This document shows positions 24,384 through 34,404 of a stretch of 64,000 nt of DNA, in pieces. Position numbers and translations under genes: made by a program. How positions within the stretch are numbered: the stretch's first letter is position 1; each line of letters begins with the position of its first letter. The DNA comes from Gemmatimonadota bacterium (GTDB taxonomy: Bacteria > Gemmatimonadota > Gemmatimonadetes > Longimicrobiales > Gaopeijiaceae). The stretch lies in NCBI GenBank assembly GCA_007130605.1, contig SLSF01000032.1, positions 3,482 to 67,481 on the forward strand, read 5' to 3'. The notes below the pieces were generated by a model. It did no database searches and was not told the origin of the DNA. It saw only the letters and a program-made list of their open reading frames with translations.

Positions 24384-24491
24384 TCGTCCGGATCGTGCCC
24401 GGGGCCGACCGGATCCCCGCCCGGGGTCTCGGGTACCCGACGACCGACCGCATCCGGCTTCCCTCCCCGATGAAACCACCGAGGACTCGCC

Positions 24492-24827
24492 ATGACGATG
24501 GACCTGCTCTCCAGACATTGCCAGCCCATGGGCGAAAATGCCCAGCCCCTCCAGGGAGAGGCACTTGAACACTATGTCGGGGCGATCTCCGACGCGTGGA
24601 CGGTGATCGATGACCACCACCTGGAACGGACCTTCGAGTTCGAGAACTTCGTCGAGGCCCTCGAGTTCACCAATGACGTCGGTGTGTTGGCCGAAGAGGA
24701 AGGCCATCACCCCGAGATCACCCTGACCTGGGGGAAGGCGACGGTGCGGATCTGGACCCACGACATCGACGGGCTGAGCGAGAACGATTTCATTCTCGCG
24801 GCCCGGATCGAGGCCCGGACACATTGA
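24492..24827 (+). CDS. phhB: Pterin-4-alpha-carbinolamine dehydratase (PCD/DCoH)
   Basis: Contains LERTFEFENFVEALEFTNDVGVLAEEEGHHPEITLTWGKATVRIWTH. Confidence 0.9.
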   Translation: MTMDLLSRHCQPMGENAQPLQGEALEHYVGAISDAWTVIDDHHLERTFEFENFVEALEFTNDVGVLAEEEGHHPEITLTWGKATVRIWTHDIDGLSENDFILAARIEARTH

Positions 24828-24865
24828 TGGCGCCCGCATCCAACACCGCACCCTGTCGCTGACAC

Positions 24866-26020
24866 GTGCCCCTGCGCATCGCCTTCCTGAACTCCTGGCC
24901 GGAACCGAGTCACGAGGGGTCCGGAACCGCCGTGAGCATCGGCAATCTCGCCCAGGGCCTCTCCCACCGGGGACACGAGGTGGTGACCCTCACGCCATGG
25001 AAGGAGGGAGGCCGCACACCGGGACCTCTCCCTCTCCTCTTCCATCGGCTCCACTTCAATCGGTCCGTCGGACGCCGGATCGACGACACCGGTCCCTTCG
25101 ACCTGGTGGTGGGCTTCGACATGGACGGTTTTCTCTGGTCCCGACGGAGGGAGGCGCGAAACTCAGGGAATGGAAGGAAGCCACCCCCCTTCATCCTCTG
25201 GCTCAAGGGCATCGCCTCCGATGAAGCCCGTTTCGCCCGGGGCACCGACTCCCTCATCCTCTCCCTGGCTGCCCGCCTCGAGTCCATGAATGCCCGGGGC
25301 GCGGACCGGGTGATCGTGCCCAGCCGGTACTCGGCCGAGGTGGCGGAGGAGGTGTACGGACTCGAGAGAGGACACCTCCACGTGGTGCCCGAGGCCATTG
25401 ACCTGGAGGCGTGGGAGAGGACGCCATCGGTCCCGCGCCCCTCACCTCCCACCCGCCCGTCCGAGGCGCACCCCTTCCGGATCCTGTCGGTGGCACGCCA
25501 GTATCCCCGGAAGGACACCGAGACCCTCCTCCGCGCCCTTCCATTCGTGCGAAGAGCCGGGGTACCGGTGCGACTCACCATCGTGGGGGGCGGACCCGAA
25601 CTGCCTCGCCTTCGGAAGGTGACACGCACCCTGGGGCTCTCCGATGTCGTCTCTCTCACCGGCCCCCTGGAGGAGAGAGAGAGCCTCCTCGATCTCTACC
25701 GGGAGGCGGACCTCTTCTGTCTGCCCTCCCTACAGGAGGGTTTCGGGATCGTCTTTCTGGAGGCGATGGCGGCCGGCCTCCCCATCGTCGCCGCCCGGGC
25801 CGGCGCCACCCCCGAAGTGGTGACCGATGGGGTCATCGGTCAACTCGTTCCCCCCGGAGACATCGAGGAACTCGGGCGGGCACTGGGAGAACTCGCACTC
25901 AACCCGGCGCTCCGAATGCGGATGGGTGAGGCCGGCATCCGCCGCGTCGAGGGCTACTCCCTCGATCGACACACGGACCGCTTTCTCGAAGCCGCCACCG
26001 ATTCCGGAGCCATGGCATGA
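24866..26020 (+). CDS. Glycosyltransferase family 4 (GT-B)
   Basis: Has the C-terminal EGFGIVFLEAMAAGLPIVAARAGATPEVV motif and a GTG start. Confidence 0.9.
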   Translation: MPLRIAFLNSWPEPSHEGSGTAVSIGNLAQGLSHRGHEVVTLTPWKEGGRTPGPLPLLFHRLHFNRSVGRRIDDTGPFDLVVGFDMDGFLWSRRREARNSGNGRKPPPFILWLKGIASDEARFARGTDSLILSLAARLESMNARGADRVIVPSRYSAEVAEEVYGLERGHLHVVPEAIDLEAWERTPSVPRPSPPTRPSEAHPFRILSVARQYPRKDTETLLRALPFVRRAGVPVRLTIVGGGPELPRLRKVTRTLGLSDVVSLTGPLEERESLLDLYREADLFCLPSLQEGFGIVFLEAMAAGLPIVAARAGATPEVVTDGVIGQLVPPGDIEELGRALGELALNPALRMRMGEAGIRRVEGYSLDRHTDRFLEAATDSGAMA

Positions 26021-26493
26021 AACTCGGAGTCCTTTCCGATACCCACGGACAACTCCGCCCCCAGGTCTTCCCCTTCCTGGAAGGGGTCGACCGGATCCTC
26101 CACGCCGGAGACGTGGGCGACCCCGAGATCCTCGTCGCCCTCGAGGCGATCGCCCCCGTCACCGCCGTCTGGGGGAATACCGACGGCTTCGACATTCGGC
26201 ACCGGACCACCGAGACCGCCCACCTCGAGGTGGAGGGGGTGCGCATGGTGGTGACCCATGGTCATACCGTCACCCCATTGACCGCAGAGAGTCTCTCCGC
26301 TCATTTCCCCGACGCGGACCTGGTGGTGTACGGACACACCCACGAGCCCCGACAGGACCAGGTCGGCTCCCAACTCATCCTGAATCCCGGAAGCTGTGGT
26401 CCCCGGCGATTCGGCCTCCCTGTCACCCTCGCCACCGTCGAGATCGATGCCGGTACCGTCCGGGCCCAAATCCACCCCCTCCCCATCGACTGA
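26017..26493 (+). CDS. YfcE/MJ0936-type metallophosphoesterase
   Basis: Contains the DTHG, HAGDVG, GNTDG, VTHGH and GHTHEP motifs. It overlaps the GT4 gene by 4 nt. Confidence 0.9.
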   Translation: MKLGVLSDTHGQLRPQVFPFLEGVDRILHAGDVGDPEILVALEAIAPVTAVWGNTDGFDIRHRTTETAHLEVEGVRMVVTHGHTVTPLTAESLSAHFPDADLVVYGHTHEPRQDQVGSQLILNPGSCGPRRFGLPVTLATVEIDAGTVRAQIHPLPID

Positions 26494-29400
26494 CTCCGGC
26501 GAGAGGGGCGCGGCGCAATTCCGTCGACGCCACCTCGGGATCCTCCCGGCCCTTCTCGGAGGGCTTCTTCTCGCCGCGCTCACTCCCGCCGGCCCCCTGT
26601 GGGCCCAGGGCATCACCACCGCCCAGGTCACCGGCCAGGTGACGAGCGCCGCGGGGAATCCGCTCCAGGCCGTCCGCATCGTGGTGATGGACCCGGACGG
26701 GGGCATGGAGGTGTCGGCCCTCTCGAGAGCGGACGGGCGCTACACCCTTCCGGGAGTCGATCCCGGAGGCCCCTACCGGATCGAGGCCCGGGGAATCGGA
26801 TACCGGACCGAGGCCCTCGAGTCCCTATACCTCCTCTCCGGCCGGGTCGAGAGGATCGACTTCGTCCTCTCGCGACCGGAGGGGGTCGACGAGGGTCCCC
26901 TCCACTTCGGGGCTGGCACCGGCTCGACCTTCTCGGCCGGTCGGAACGGGCTGGATGCCACCTTCGGAGGCGCCGATACCTCCCCCCTCCCTTCCCTCAC
27001 CCGCGACGGCATCGACCCCGTGCGCACCCTCCCGCAGGTGGGAGGCTTCCGTCCGGCGGTGGACGACCTCCGGTTCGGGGGAGGACTCCCGGGAATCCTC
27101 CTCCTCCCGGGCGCGAGAGAGGCCCCGGAGGGCCGGAGACACCGGGGAGTCCTCCCCGGAACCGCGACGCCCCTCCTCCGAAGCGACCTCACCACCTTCG
27201 ACCCCCGCCACGGCGGAAGCCGCGGGGTCCGTTTCGACGCGGGGACCGCCCGCGGGACCAACGAATTCAGGGTCACCGCCTCCCGCTTCGGAGGCATTGG
27301 GCCCGGAGGTGGCCGGGTGACCGGGAGCGATCTCGCCCTGGCGGTGGGCGGCCCCTTGGTGGAGGATCGGGCACACTTCTTCGTGGCCGCCGAACGGTCC
27401 CGCCGAACCGATCTGCTGGAACGGCGCATCCGGATGCCCGACTCCGAAGCGACTGCGCGCGCCGAGGACGCCGCAGACTTCCTCCTCGAACGTTACGATC
27501 ACTCCCCGGCCTCCCTCGATGCCCTCCGGCCCGACTCCGAGGTCGATCAGCTCTTCGCGCGGGTGGATCTGCGGATCACTCCCCAACACCACCTGACCCT
27601 CCACCACCATCGAGTGAGCGATGGGATCGAACACTTTCCCCAGGCCCGGGGCCTCGCCTTTCTCCGCGGCGACGCCCGGGAGTGGATCCGGAGCGATGGC
27701 CAGGCCACCGTGGCCCGGCTGAACTCGAAGTTCGGCGGTCGCTTCTACAACGAATTGAGGATCGGCCATGCCCGGGGCGAGGAGAGGCGCACCGCCGGAG
27801 GGGATTTCGCCCGGATCCAGGTGGACCTGGGCGGGGGGGCCCTGGCGCACTTCGGTCCCACACCCACCGCCGGGCCGGGACCCATGGACCGGGAGCGGGT
27901 CGAGATCTCCAACGACTTCCTCTTCTCGTGGGGGCGGCACGATCTGACCGTGGGAGCCGAGCGGACGACCCTCCGGTCGGCGCCGGGGCCCCGGATCGAC
28001 GCCTTCGGCCTCTGGGAGTTCGGTTCGGTGGAGGCCCTCCGGAACGAATCGCCGGAACGCTATGTCGGCACCGTCCGGGTGGGGAGTGGGGAGGCCGGAT
28101 CGGCGTTCTCCATCGAGGGTTGGGCTCTCCATGCCCACAACCGCTGGGAGGCCACCGACGAACTCACCCTCACACTGGGAGCCCGATTCGACGGGAGCAG
28201 CCTTTCGGGACTCCCTCCGGTGGCCGGCCTCCCGCAGCGGAGCGACTTCGACCCGTACCGACGGGGCGCGGTGGAAGGCGTCCTCCATTTCAACCCCAGG
28301 CTGAGCGTCCACTGGGGCCGAGCCGATTCGGGACTCACGCAGTTCCGCGGAGGTGTGGGCCTCTTCACCGAGCCCATGCCCACCGGCGCCATCGCCGGGG
28401 TCCGGGCCGGGGTCGGCGCCGAATCGTGGCGGATCGTCTGCACCGGATCCGGCGTCCCCACCTTCACCCCCGATCCCTCGTCGGCGCCGGGGATCTGTGC
28501 CGACGGGCTCCGTGTGACGCCTCGCACGATCCACCTGGTCGATCCCGAACTGGGTCCACCCCGTTTCCTCCGGATCGCCGGGGGGGTCGACCGGGAGCTC
28601 GGGGTGAGGGAGCTGCTCGGAACGGTGGAGTTCGTCTGGTCCGGCACCCGGTCGGACCTCCTCCGCCGGAATCTCCTGGTGGAGCCCGATCCCGATGGCG
28701 GGATGCGGGAGGGCCGGGAGGTCCACCGGCCGGTCCGGATCTCCGGGGGCCCCGGCGGGCTCGGGGTCGGAGAGGCCATCGAGCTCACCAACACCGACGA
28801 GGGACACGCCTGGAGCCTGACTGCCCAGCTCCGGAGGCCGGTGGCCGATGGATGGGGGGCACACGCCGCCTACACCCTCTCGGAAGCCAGCGTGGTGGAT
28901 CCGGGCGCCCGGTGGAGCACCCGTTCCTTCTCCGCCCTCACACCCACGGCGGGGGACCCGAACGCACCGGCGGCCGGACGTCCGGGGGAGCTGGCCCGCC
29001 ATCGGCTCGTGGCTGGCGCCACCTTTGCCTTCGACCTCCTCGACGATTCACCCCTCCACCTGGCGCTCCTCTACATCGGAGAGAGTGGGGGTCCCTACGC
29101 TTTCCGGTACGAGGGTGATGTGAATGGCGATGGTATCCGGACCAACGACCTCATCCGGGTTCCCGCGGGGCCCGACGAGGTTCGTTTTCTCGACAACGCC
29201 GACGGAGATGTCCCGGGCCGACCCTCGCTCTCGGCCGAGGAGTCGTGGGACCGCCTTGATCGCTTCATCGACGCCGTGGCCTGTCTGCGGGACGCCCGGG
29301 GAAGCATTCTCGACCCGGGGGCCTGCCGGGCTCCGTCGAGTCACCGCATCGATGTGAGGGCCCGGCAGGAGGTCGGATTCGGCGAGGTGCACCGGGCCGA

Positions 29401-29626
29401 GATCACCCTCGATGTCCTGAACCTCGGCAATCTCGTGCGAAGAGGTTGGGGACGCGCGCCCTTCGTGCCTTCGGGCACCCTTCCACTCCTGGCGGTGGAA
29501 GATGGGGACGATGTGGTGGATGGCCAGCTCCTGCTTCAGCCCTTCACACTCACCGAGCCCCCATTCTCCACCAGGGCACTCACCTCGAGATTCCAGGTCG
29601 AGGTGGGGCTCCGCTACCGGTTCTGA
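26447..29626 (+). CDS. TonB-dependent receptor-like outer-membrane protein with a CarboxypepD_reg N-terminal domain
   Basis: Has a signal peptide (LGILPALLGGLLLAALTPAGPLWAQG) and a carboxypeptidase-regulatory fold (VTGQVTSAAGNPLQAVRIVVMDPDG...YRIEARGIGY). The long barrel ends in VGLRYRF. The start is uncertain: ATG 26447 or 26396, and both overlap the upstream gene. Confidence 0.7.
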   Translation: MPVPSGPKSTPSPSTDSGERGAAQFRRRHLGILPALLGGLLLAALTPAGPLWAQGITTAQVTGQVTSAAGNPLQAVRIVVMDPDGGMEVSALSRADGRYTLPGVDPGGPYRIEARGIGYRTEALESLYLLSGRVERIDFVLSRPEGVDEGPLHFGAGTGSTFSAGRNGLDATFGGADTSPLPSLTRDGIDPVRTLPQVGGFRPAVDDLRFGGGLPGILLLPGAREAPEGRRHRGVLPGTATPLLRSDLTTFDPRHGGSRGVRFDAGTARGTNEFRVTASRFGGIGPGGGRVTGSDLALAVGGPLVEDRAHFFVAAERSRRTDLLERRIRMPDSEATARAEDAADFLLERYDHSPASLDALRPDSEVDQLFARVDLRITPQHHLTLHHHRVSDGIEHFPQARGLAFLRGDAREWIRSDGQATVARLNSKFGGRFYNELRIGHARGEERRTAGGDFARIQVDLGGGALAHFGPTPTAGPGPMDRERVEISNDFLFSWGRHDLTVGAERTTLRSAPGPRIDAFGLWEFGSVEALRNESPERYVGTVRVGSGEAGSAFSIEGWALHAHNRWEATDELTLTLGARFDGSSLSGLPPVAGLPQRSDFDPYRRGAVEGVLHFNPRLSVHWGRADSGLTQFRGGVGLFTEPMPTGAIAGVRAGVGAESWRIVCTGSGVPTFTPDPSSAPGICADGLRVTPRTIHLVDPELGPPRFLRIAGGVDRELGVRELLGTVEFVWSGTRSDLLRRNLLVEPDPDGGMREGREVHRPVRISGGPGGLGVGEAIELTNTDEGHAWSLTAQLRRPVADGWGAHAAYTLSEASVVDPGARWSTRSFSALTPTAGDPNAPAAGRPGELARHRLVAGATFAFDLLDDSPLHLALLYIGESGGPYAFRYEGDVNGDGIRTNDLIRVPAGPDEVRFLDNADGDVPGRPSLSAEESWDRLDRFIDAVACLRDARGSILDPGACRAPSSHRIDVRARQEVGFGEVHRAEITLDVLNLGNLVRRGWGRAPFVPSGTLPLLAVEDGDDVVDGQLLLQPFTLTEPPFSTRALTSRFQVEVGLRYRF

Positions 29627-29631
29627 CGCGG

Positions 29632-32600
29632 TCAGTTCCCAGGCACGGCCACCGGGCTGGATCGGTTCTGTCGTGACCCGTCCCCGAGCTGGCCGTCCAC
29701 ATTGTAGCCCCAGCAGCGCATCTCTCCACCGGAGACTCGACCACAGGTGTGGGAGCCCACGGCGACGATGGACTGAAAGGTGTAACCCCCTTCCACGGGG
29801 GTGGGGGTGTTCCGGTCCTCGGTGGTCCCGTCGCCGAGCTGGCCATGGAGGTTCCGCCCCCAGCAGAAAGCGCGTCCACCCTCGGCGATGGCGCAGTTGT
29901 GGACGCCCCCGGCGGCGAGGGCAACGAAGGTCTCGTCCAAGGCCACCAGGGCCGGGGTGGATCGGCTGCTGCCGAACTCGCCCGTGCCGAGCCTCCCATC
30001 TTCATTGGCCCCCCAGCAATGAATGCGGCCATCGGTGGAGAGCCCGCAACTGTGGGCATTCCCTGCCGCCAGCGCCACGAAGCCGAGGCCTCCGATCACC
30101 CGCTGCGGGGTCGACGCCGAGGCGTTGGACCCGGTCCCCAGTCGTCCGGCGCCCCCGGTCCCCCAGCAGTATGCCTTCCCCTGGTCATCGAGGGCGCAGG
30201 TGTGGTCCCATCCCGCCACGATGGACGAGAAGCGGAAATCGCCGGCCACCGGAACCGGTTCGGAGCGGGCCGTCGTCGTCCCGTCGCCGAGCTGGCCGGC
30301 AGGATTCGCCCCCCAGCACCAGGCCTGGCCGGTGGCCGTGAGTCCGCAGCTGTGTCCGAGACCGGCGGTGATCTCGGTGAAGGTCACCTCGCCTCCGACC
30401 CTGCGGGGCTCCAGGAGGTCGGATCCGGCTCCACCCCCACTCTGACCGCGGTCATTGGACCCCCAGCACCACGCCTCGCCCGCGGGGGAAAGCGCGCAGA
30501 GGTGCGAGACACCGGAAGACACCCGGGCGAAGGGGCTCCCCACCACGGGAGCCGCCGGTGTGGTGGCGCGGTTCCGGGTGCCATCGCCGAGCTGACCATG
30601 AGCATTTCCGCCCCAGCACCGGAGGGTGCCACCGGAGCCAAGGGTACACGAATGACTCCCTCCCACGACGGTCCCGGCCCGAACCGGAAGACTCGCCGGC
30701 ACGGCATCGGCATCCAACGTCGTCAGAAGACCCGGTTCACCCACCACCTGAGCGGTCAACGACTGTCTGCCCACCGAGCTTCCCAGAGTCCATCGGGTGC
30801 GAGCGATCCCGTCGGAATCGGTGACGGCGGTCTCCGGATCCACCGCTCCGGCGCCCTCTTCCGGCTGGAAGCGCACGGAAACCCCCTCCAGCGCATCCCC
30901 TCCGGCGTCGAGGACCCGTACCTCCACTGGAGCCTCCACCACTTCGCCCACTCTTCCGGTGACGGGCTCCTCCTGCACGGCTTCGAGTCCGGTGGGAACG
31001 GCCTCGGTGAGGAATGCCTGGAACTGGACCTCGACTTCATCCCCTTCGAGACGCGCCACCAGTTGCTGATCGCCCTCGTCGCCGAGGGTCCAACGGACCA
31101 GGCTGCTTCCATCGGGTCGTGTGACATCGACAGGGGGATCGACAGCGCCCCCTCCCGACACCACCTCGAATTCGAGGGTGGTACCCGGGATGCCGGCACC
31201 CTCGGCATCGATGAGCTGGAGCACGAGGGGGGTCGGAAGCTCCCGGCCGGGAGCCCCGGCCTGGCCATCGCCCTGGAGAATCAGGAGCAGAGATTCCTCC
31301 CCCAGCAGTTCTCCCGCGTCTTCCACGCCTTCCAGGCCCAGTGTGTCCAGGAGCGTCCCCTCCTCCCCATCGGCGACGGTGGGAAGGGGCGCATCGGTAT
31401 CGATGGGCGTGGACTCGGGATCCAGGTCCTCACGGAGCCAGGGAGAATCGTCGAAGATCTCACCGTCGCTCCCGCTGAGGGGGTTCATCCGGTCCACGAA
31501 GGCGCCCGCCTCGCCTTCCGGACCGGCGAACCAGAAGCCCCCGATCACCAGGAGGAGGAGGGCCACCAGCGCTCCCACCCGGACGACCCACCGACTCGGC
31601 TCCCCTTCGGCCGCTCCCGCCGGCGGAGAGTGGGGTGGCAAGGCAGCCCGTGGATCCGGTCCGGGAGCACGCCTGCCACCGGGGATCCCGGCTCCCGGGG
31701 GAGGCACCGGGGGCTCTCCCGAAGGACGGGCTCCACCCGGGGGAGCGGAAACGTCGGGGGCGTCGGGGCTCCACGACGGCACCGGAAAGGGGACGGCCCC
31801 TCCCCGGGCGGGGGTCAAGCTCCGGTCCGAAGGAGGGTCCGCCTCGAGGGTTGAACCCTCGGCCAGCACCTCGAGGAAGGTGTCGGCCGAACGCCACCGG
31901 TCCTCCGGCGCCTTCTTCATGGCACCCTCGAGGGCGCGCCGGAGATTCTTCGGGATACCCGGTCGAAGGGTCTCCAGATCGGGAAGGTGCTCGTTCTTCT
32001 GCTTCCCGATGACCGAGTAGAGGCTCTCACCGGCCCACGGCTGCTTCCCCGAGAGCATCTCCCAGCCCAGGAGTCCGAGAGAGTAGATGTCACTTCGCCC
32101 ATCGAGGTCGCGGCCATCCACCTGCTCCGGCGACATGTAGGCCGGCGTGCCGATGGCGGTGCCCGGAAGGGTCAGACCCGAATCGCTGTCCCACGCCCGG
32201 GCGATCCCGAAGTCGGCGAGCCGCGCAATTCCCAGCGCCTCGTCCAGGTAGACATTCTCGGGCTTCAGGTCCCGGTGCACGATGCGGGAACGGTGCGCGT
32301 AGGAAAGCGCGCGGCCCAGGTCCCGGAGGATCCGCTCCGCTTCATCGAAGGGGAGAGGCCCCTCCTCGCGGATCCGGTCCTTCAGCGAGCGTCCCGGCAC
32401 GTACTGGAGGATCAGGGCCAGCCCTCCGTCGGCGAGCCGCCGGGTGCCCAGGAGCATCACGATGTTCGGGTGCTGGAGCTTTCCCACCGTTCTCGCCTCG
32501 CGCACCAGCCGGGCCACGGCATCCTCGTCCTGCACATAGCTCTGACGGATGAGCTTGATGGCCACGTCGCGCCCGAGTTCACGGTCCCGGGCCAGGTAGA

Positions 32601-32697
32601 CGACAGCGGTGCCTCCCCGCCCCAGCTCCCGAACGAGTTCGTACTCCCCGGCGAGTTCGGGGATCTCGGGGAGGTCGTCCGGGCGCCGCTGGCTCAT
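29632..32697 (-). CDS. Transmembrane Ser/Thr protein kinase with extracytoplasmic Ig-like domains and an RCC1-type beta-propeller
   Basis: Kinase motifs are present (GRGGTAVVY, VAIK, HRDLKPENV, DFGIA, SPEQ). A Pro-rich linker and a TM segment (VGALVALLLLVIGGFWF) follow. Outside the membrane are Ig-like repeats and about 7 RCC1 blades (CWGxNxxGQLGDG repeated). Confidence 0.9.
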   Translation of the reverse strand: MSQRRPDDLPEIPELAGEYELVRELGRGGTAVVYLARDRELGRDVAIKLIRQSYVQDEDAVARLVREARTVGKLQHPNIVMLLGTRRLADGGLALILQYVPGRSLKDRIREEGPLPFDEAERILRDLGRALSYAHRSRIVHRDLKPENVYLDEALGIARLADFGIARAWDSDSGLTLPGTAIGTPAYMSPEQVDGRDLDGRSDIYSLGLLGWEMLSGKQPWAGESLYSVIGKQKNEHLPDLETLRPGIPKNLRRALEGAMKKAPEDRWRSADTFLEVLAEGSTLEADPPSDRSLTPARGGAVPFPVPSWSPDAPDVSAPPGGARPSGEPPVPPPGAGIPGGRRAPGPDPRAALPPHSPPAGAAEGEPSRWVVRVGALVALLLLVIGGFWFAGPEGEAGAFVDRMNPLSGSDGEIFDDSPWLREDLDPESTPIDTDAPLPTVADGEEGTLLDTLGLEGVEDAGELLGEESLLLILQGDGQAGAPGRELPTPLVLQLIDAEGAGIPGTTLEFEVVSGGGAVDPPVDVTRPDGSSLVRWTLGDEGDQQLVARLEGDEVEVQFQAFLTEAVPTGLEAVQEEPVTGRVGEVVEAPVEVRVLDAGGDALEGVSVRFQPEEGAGAVDPETAVTDSDGIARTRWTLGSSVGRQSLTAQVVGEPGLLTTLDADAVPASLPVRAGTVVGGSHSCTLGSGGTLRCWGGNAHGQLGDGTRNRATTPAAPVVGSPFARVSSGVSHLCALSPAGEAWCWGSNDRGQSGGGAGSDLLEPRRVGGEVTFTEITAGLGHSCGLTATGQAWCWGANPAGQLGDGTTTARSEPVPVAGDFRFSSIVAGWDHTCALDDQGKAYCWGTGGAGRLGTGSNASASTPQRVIGGLGFVALAAGNAHSCGLSTDGRIHCWGANEDGRLGTGEFGSSRSTPALVALDETFVALAAGGVHNCAIAEGGRAFCWGRNLHGQLGDGTTEDRNTPTPVEGGYTFQSIVAVGSHTCGRVSGGEMRCWGYNVDGQLGDGSRQNRSSPVAVPGN

Positions 32698-34304
32698 GGA
32701 GCCGCACCCCCGGGACCGGAGGCATCGGCCACCGTGCTTCCGAAGGCCATGGCCGCCACGGCCACATTGTCCTCTCCTCCCCGGACCAGCGCCTCCTCCG
32801 AGAGGGCACGGGCCAGGTCACGGATGTCGGCAGTCCCGCGTACGACCTCGACGATGGCTTCGGAGGAGAGTACACCATGGATGCCATCGGTGCACAGGAG
32901 TACGAGGTGCCCCTCCGAAGAATCGAATCCCTGGAAGAGATCCACTTCAATCCCGGACTCGGCGCCCAGGTTTCGAGTCACGGCATTCCGCCAGGGGGAC
33001 CGCGCGGCCTCCTCGGCGCTCATCCGACCGTCGCGCGTCGCCTCGGCAATGAAGGAGTGATCCAGCGTGAGTTGCCGAATTCCTCCGTCATCGACCCGGT
33101 AGGCTCGACTGTCTCCCACATTGGCGATGTCGTAGCGATCCCCGTCGCGCAGGAGTGCCACGAGGGTGGTGCCCATCCCCTCCCGATCCGATTCCCTCTG
33201 CGCCTCTTCGAGCACTGCGCGGTGGGCCTCCTCTACCGCCGGACCGAGATCACTCCCATCGGAGAGGGCCCGCACCAGGGTCTCGAGCGCCAGGTGGCTC
33301 GCGATGCCCCCGGCGTGGTGGGAGCCCATGCCGTCACAGACGGCCGCCAGTTCGCGTCCTCCTGGAAGGGAACGGACGATGACCGCATCCTGATTCGTGG
33401 CGCGACGCCCCTGGTCGGTATACCAGGAACTCCGGAAGGGCAGCCGGTCCTGCGATGCCTCGTGGCGGAACCGGAATCCCAGGTCCCCCATCTCGATCCG
33501 GTCTCCATTGGCGAGCGGCACTTCCTCCACATCGGAGGAGAGGACTCGGCCGTTCACGGTGGTCGGATTCGTGCTCGACTCGTTTCGGAGGGTCCAGACC
33601 CCACCTCTGAAGGTCATTCGGGCCTGACGACGACTCACGGTGGGGGAGTCGAGGCGGACGTGCCGGTACTCCGGTCCCTCTTCCCGACCAAAGGAAATCT
33701 CCGCAGGCGCACCGGGAAGCCGGACGAAACGGATCTCGTCGCCACGGTCCGGCCCCACTTCGATCTCGAGGCGGCCGGGCAGCAGCTGGAGGGTGCCGTC
33801 GGGAGGGCGCTGATAGGTCACCGTACCGGTGTCACGGGAAGGGGTCGCTTCGTCACGATCCCCTGACGGGGCGTCCGGTCCGGCCGGCCCGGTGGGAATC
33901 GTCATGCGGCTCGTGGGGTCGGGTGCGGAGCCCTCCCGGGTCCCGGGTCCCGGATCCCTCCGCTCCGGCCCCGCCGAGGTGGCGGGCTCCCGGCCTCCAG
34001 GTGGCGTTGCGGGCCCGGGCGCGGCCCCCTCCGGCGGCCAGCCGGGGGCCACACTCGCACCGGGCCTGCGAGTCTCTCCGACCCCACCACCCCCGGCGAG
34101 GGGGAAGACGAGGAGTGGGCGGCCTTCGACGGATCTCCGCTGCGTGCGGCGCCGCCAGAGGATTCCCAGAACCACCGCGACGAGGAGCCCTCCCAGGATC
34201 GGGACCTCCCAGGCAGCCACCAGGCAGGCGGCGTTCTCGACGAAGCCGGTGGGCACCGCCGGACAGATCCCTTCCAGGATCCCCAGGCTCATCGCGTTGT
34301 CCAT
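32694..34304 (-). CDS. Membrane-anchored FHA-domain PP2C Ser/Thr phosphatase
   Basis: Has an N-terminal TM segment (ILGGLLVAVVLGILW), a Pro-rich linker and an FHA domain (ISFGREEG...VSRRQARMTFRGGVWTLRNESSTNPTTVNG). The PP2C domain carries TDQGRRATNQDA, CDGMGSHHAGGIAS and LLCTDGIHG. Its stop overlaps the kinase start (ATGA). Confidence 0.9.
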   Translation of the reverse strand: MDNAMSLGILEGICPAVPTGFVENAACLVAAWEVPILGGLLVAVVLGILWRRRTQRRSVEGRPLLVFPLAGGGGVGETRRPGASVAPGWPPEGAAPGPATPPGGREPATSAGPERRDPGPGTREGSAPDPTSRMTIPTGPAGPDAPSGDRDEATPSRDTGTVTYQRPPDGTLQLLPGRLEIEVGPDRGDEIRFVRLPGAPAEISFGREEGPEYRHVRLDSPTVSRRQARMTFRGGVWTLRNESSTNPTTVNGRVLSSDVEEVPLANGDRIEMGDLGFRFRHEASQDRLPFRSSWYTDQGRRATNQDAVIVRSLPGGRELAAVCDGMGSHHAGGIASHLALETLVRALSDGSDLGPAVEEAHRAVLEEAQRESDREGMGTTLVALLRDGDRYDIANVGDSRAYRVDDGGIRQLTLDHSFIAEATRDGRMSAEEAARSPWRNAVTRNLGAESGIEVDLFQGFDSSEGHLVLLCTDGIHGVLSSEAIVEVVRGTADIRDLARALSEEALVRGGEDNVAVAAMAFGSTVADASGPGGAAP

Positions 34305-34404
34305 GTTCGGTCCTTGCCTCCCGTCCGCTTCCCGGCTTGTGTCACGTCCCGTCTACGTACCCGGGTACCACCGGGTGAGGGTCCCCTTCCCATGCACAAT
34401 CGTG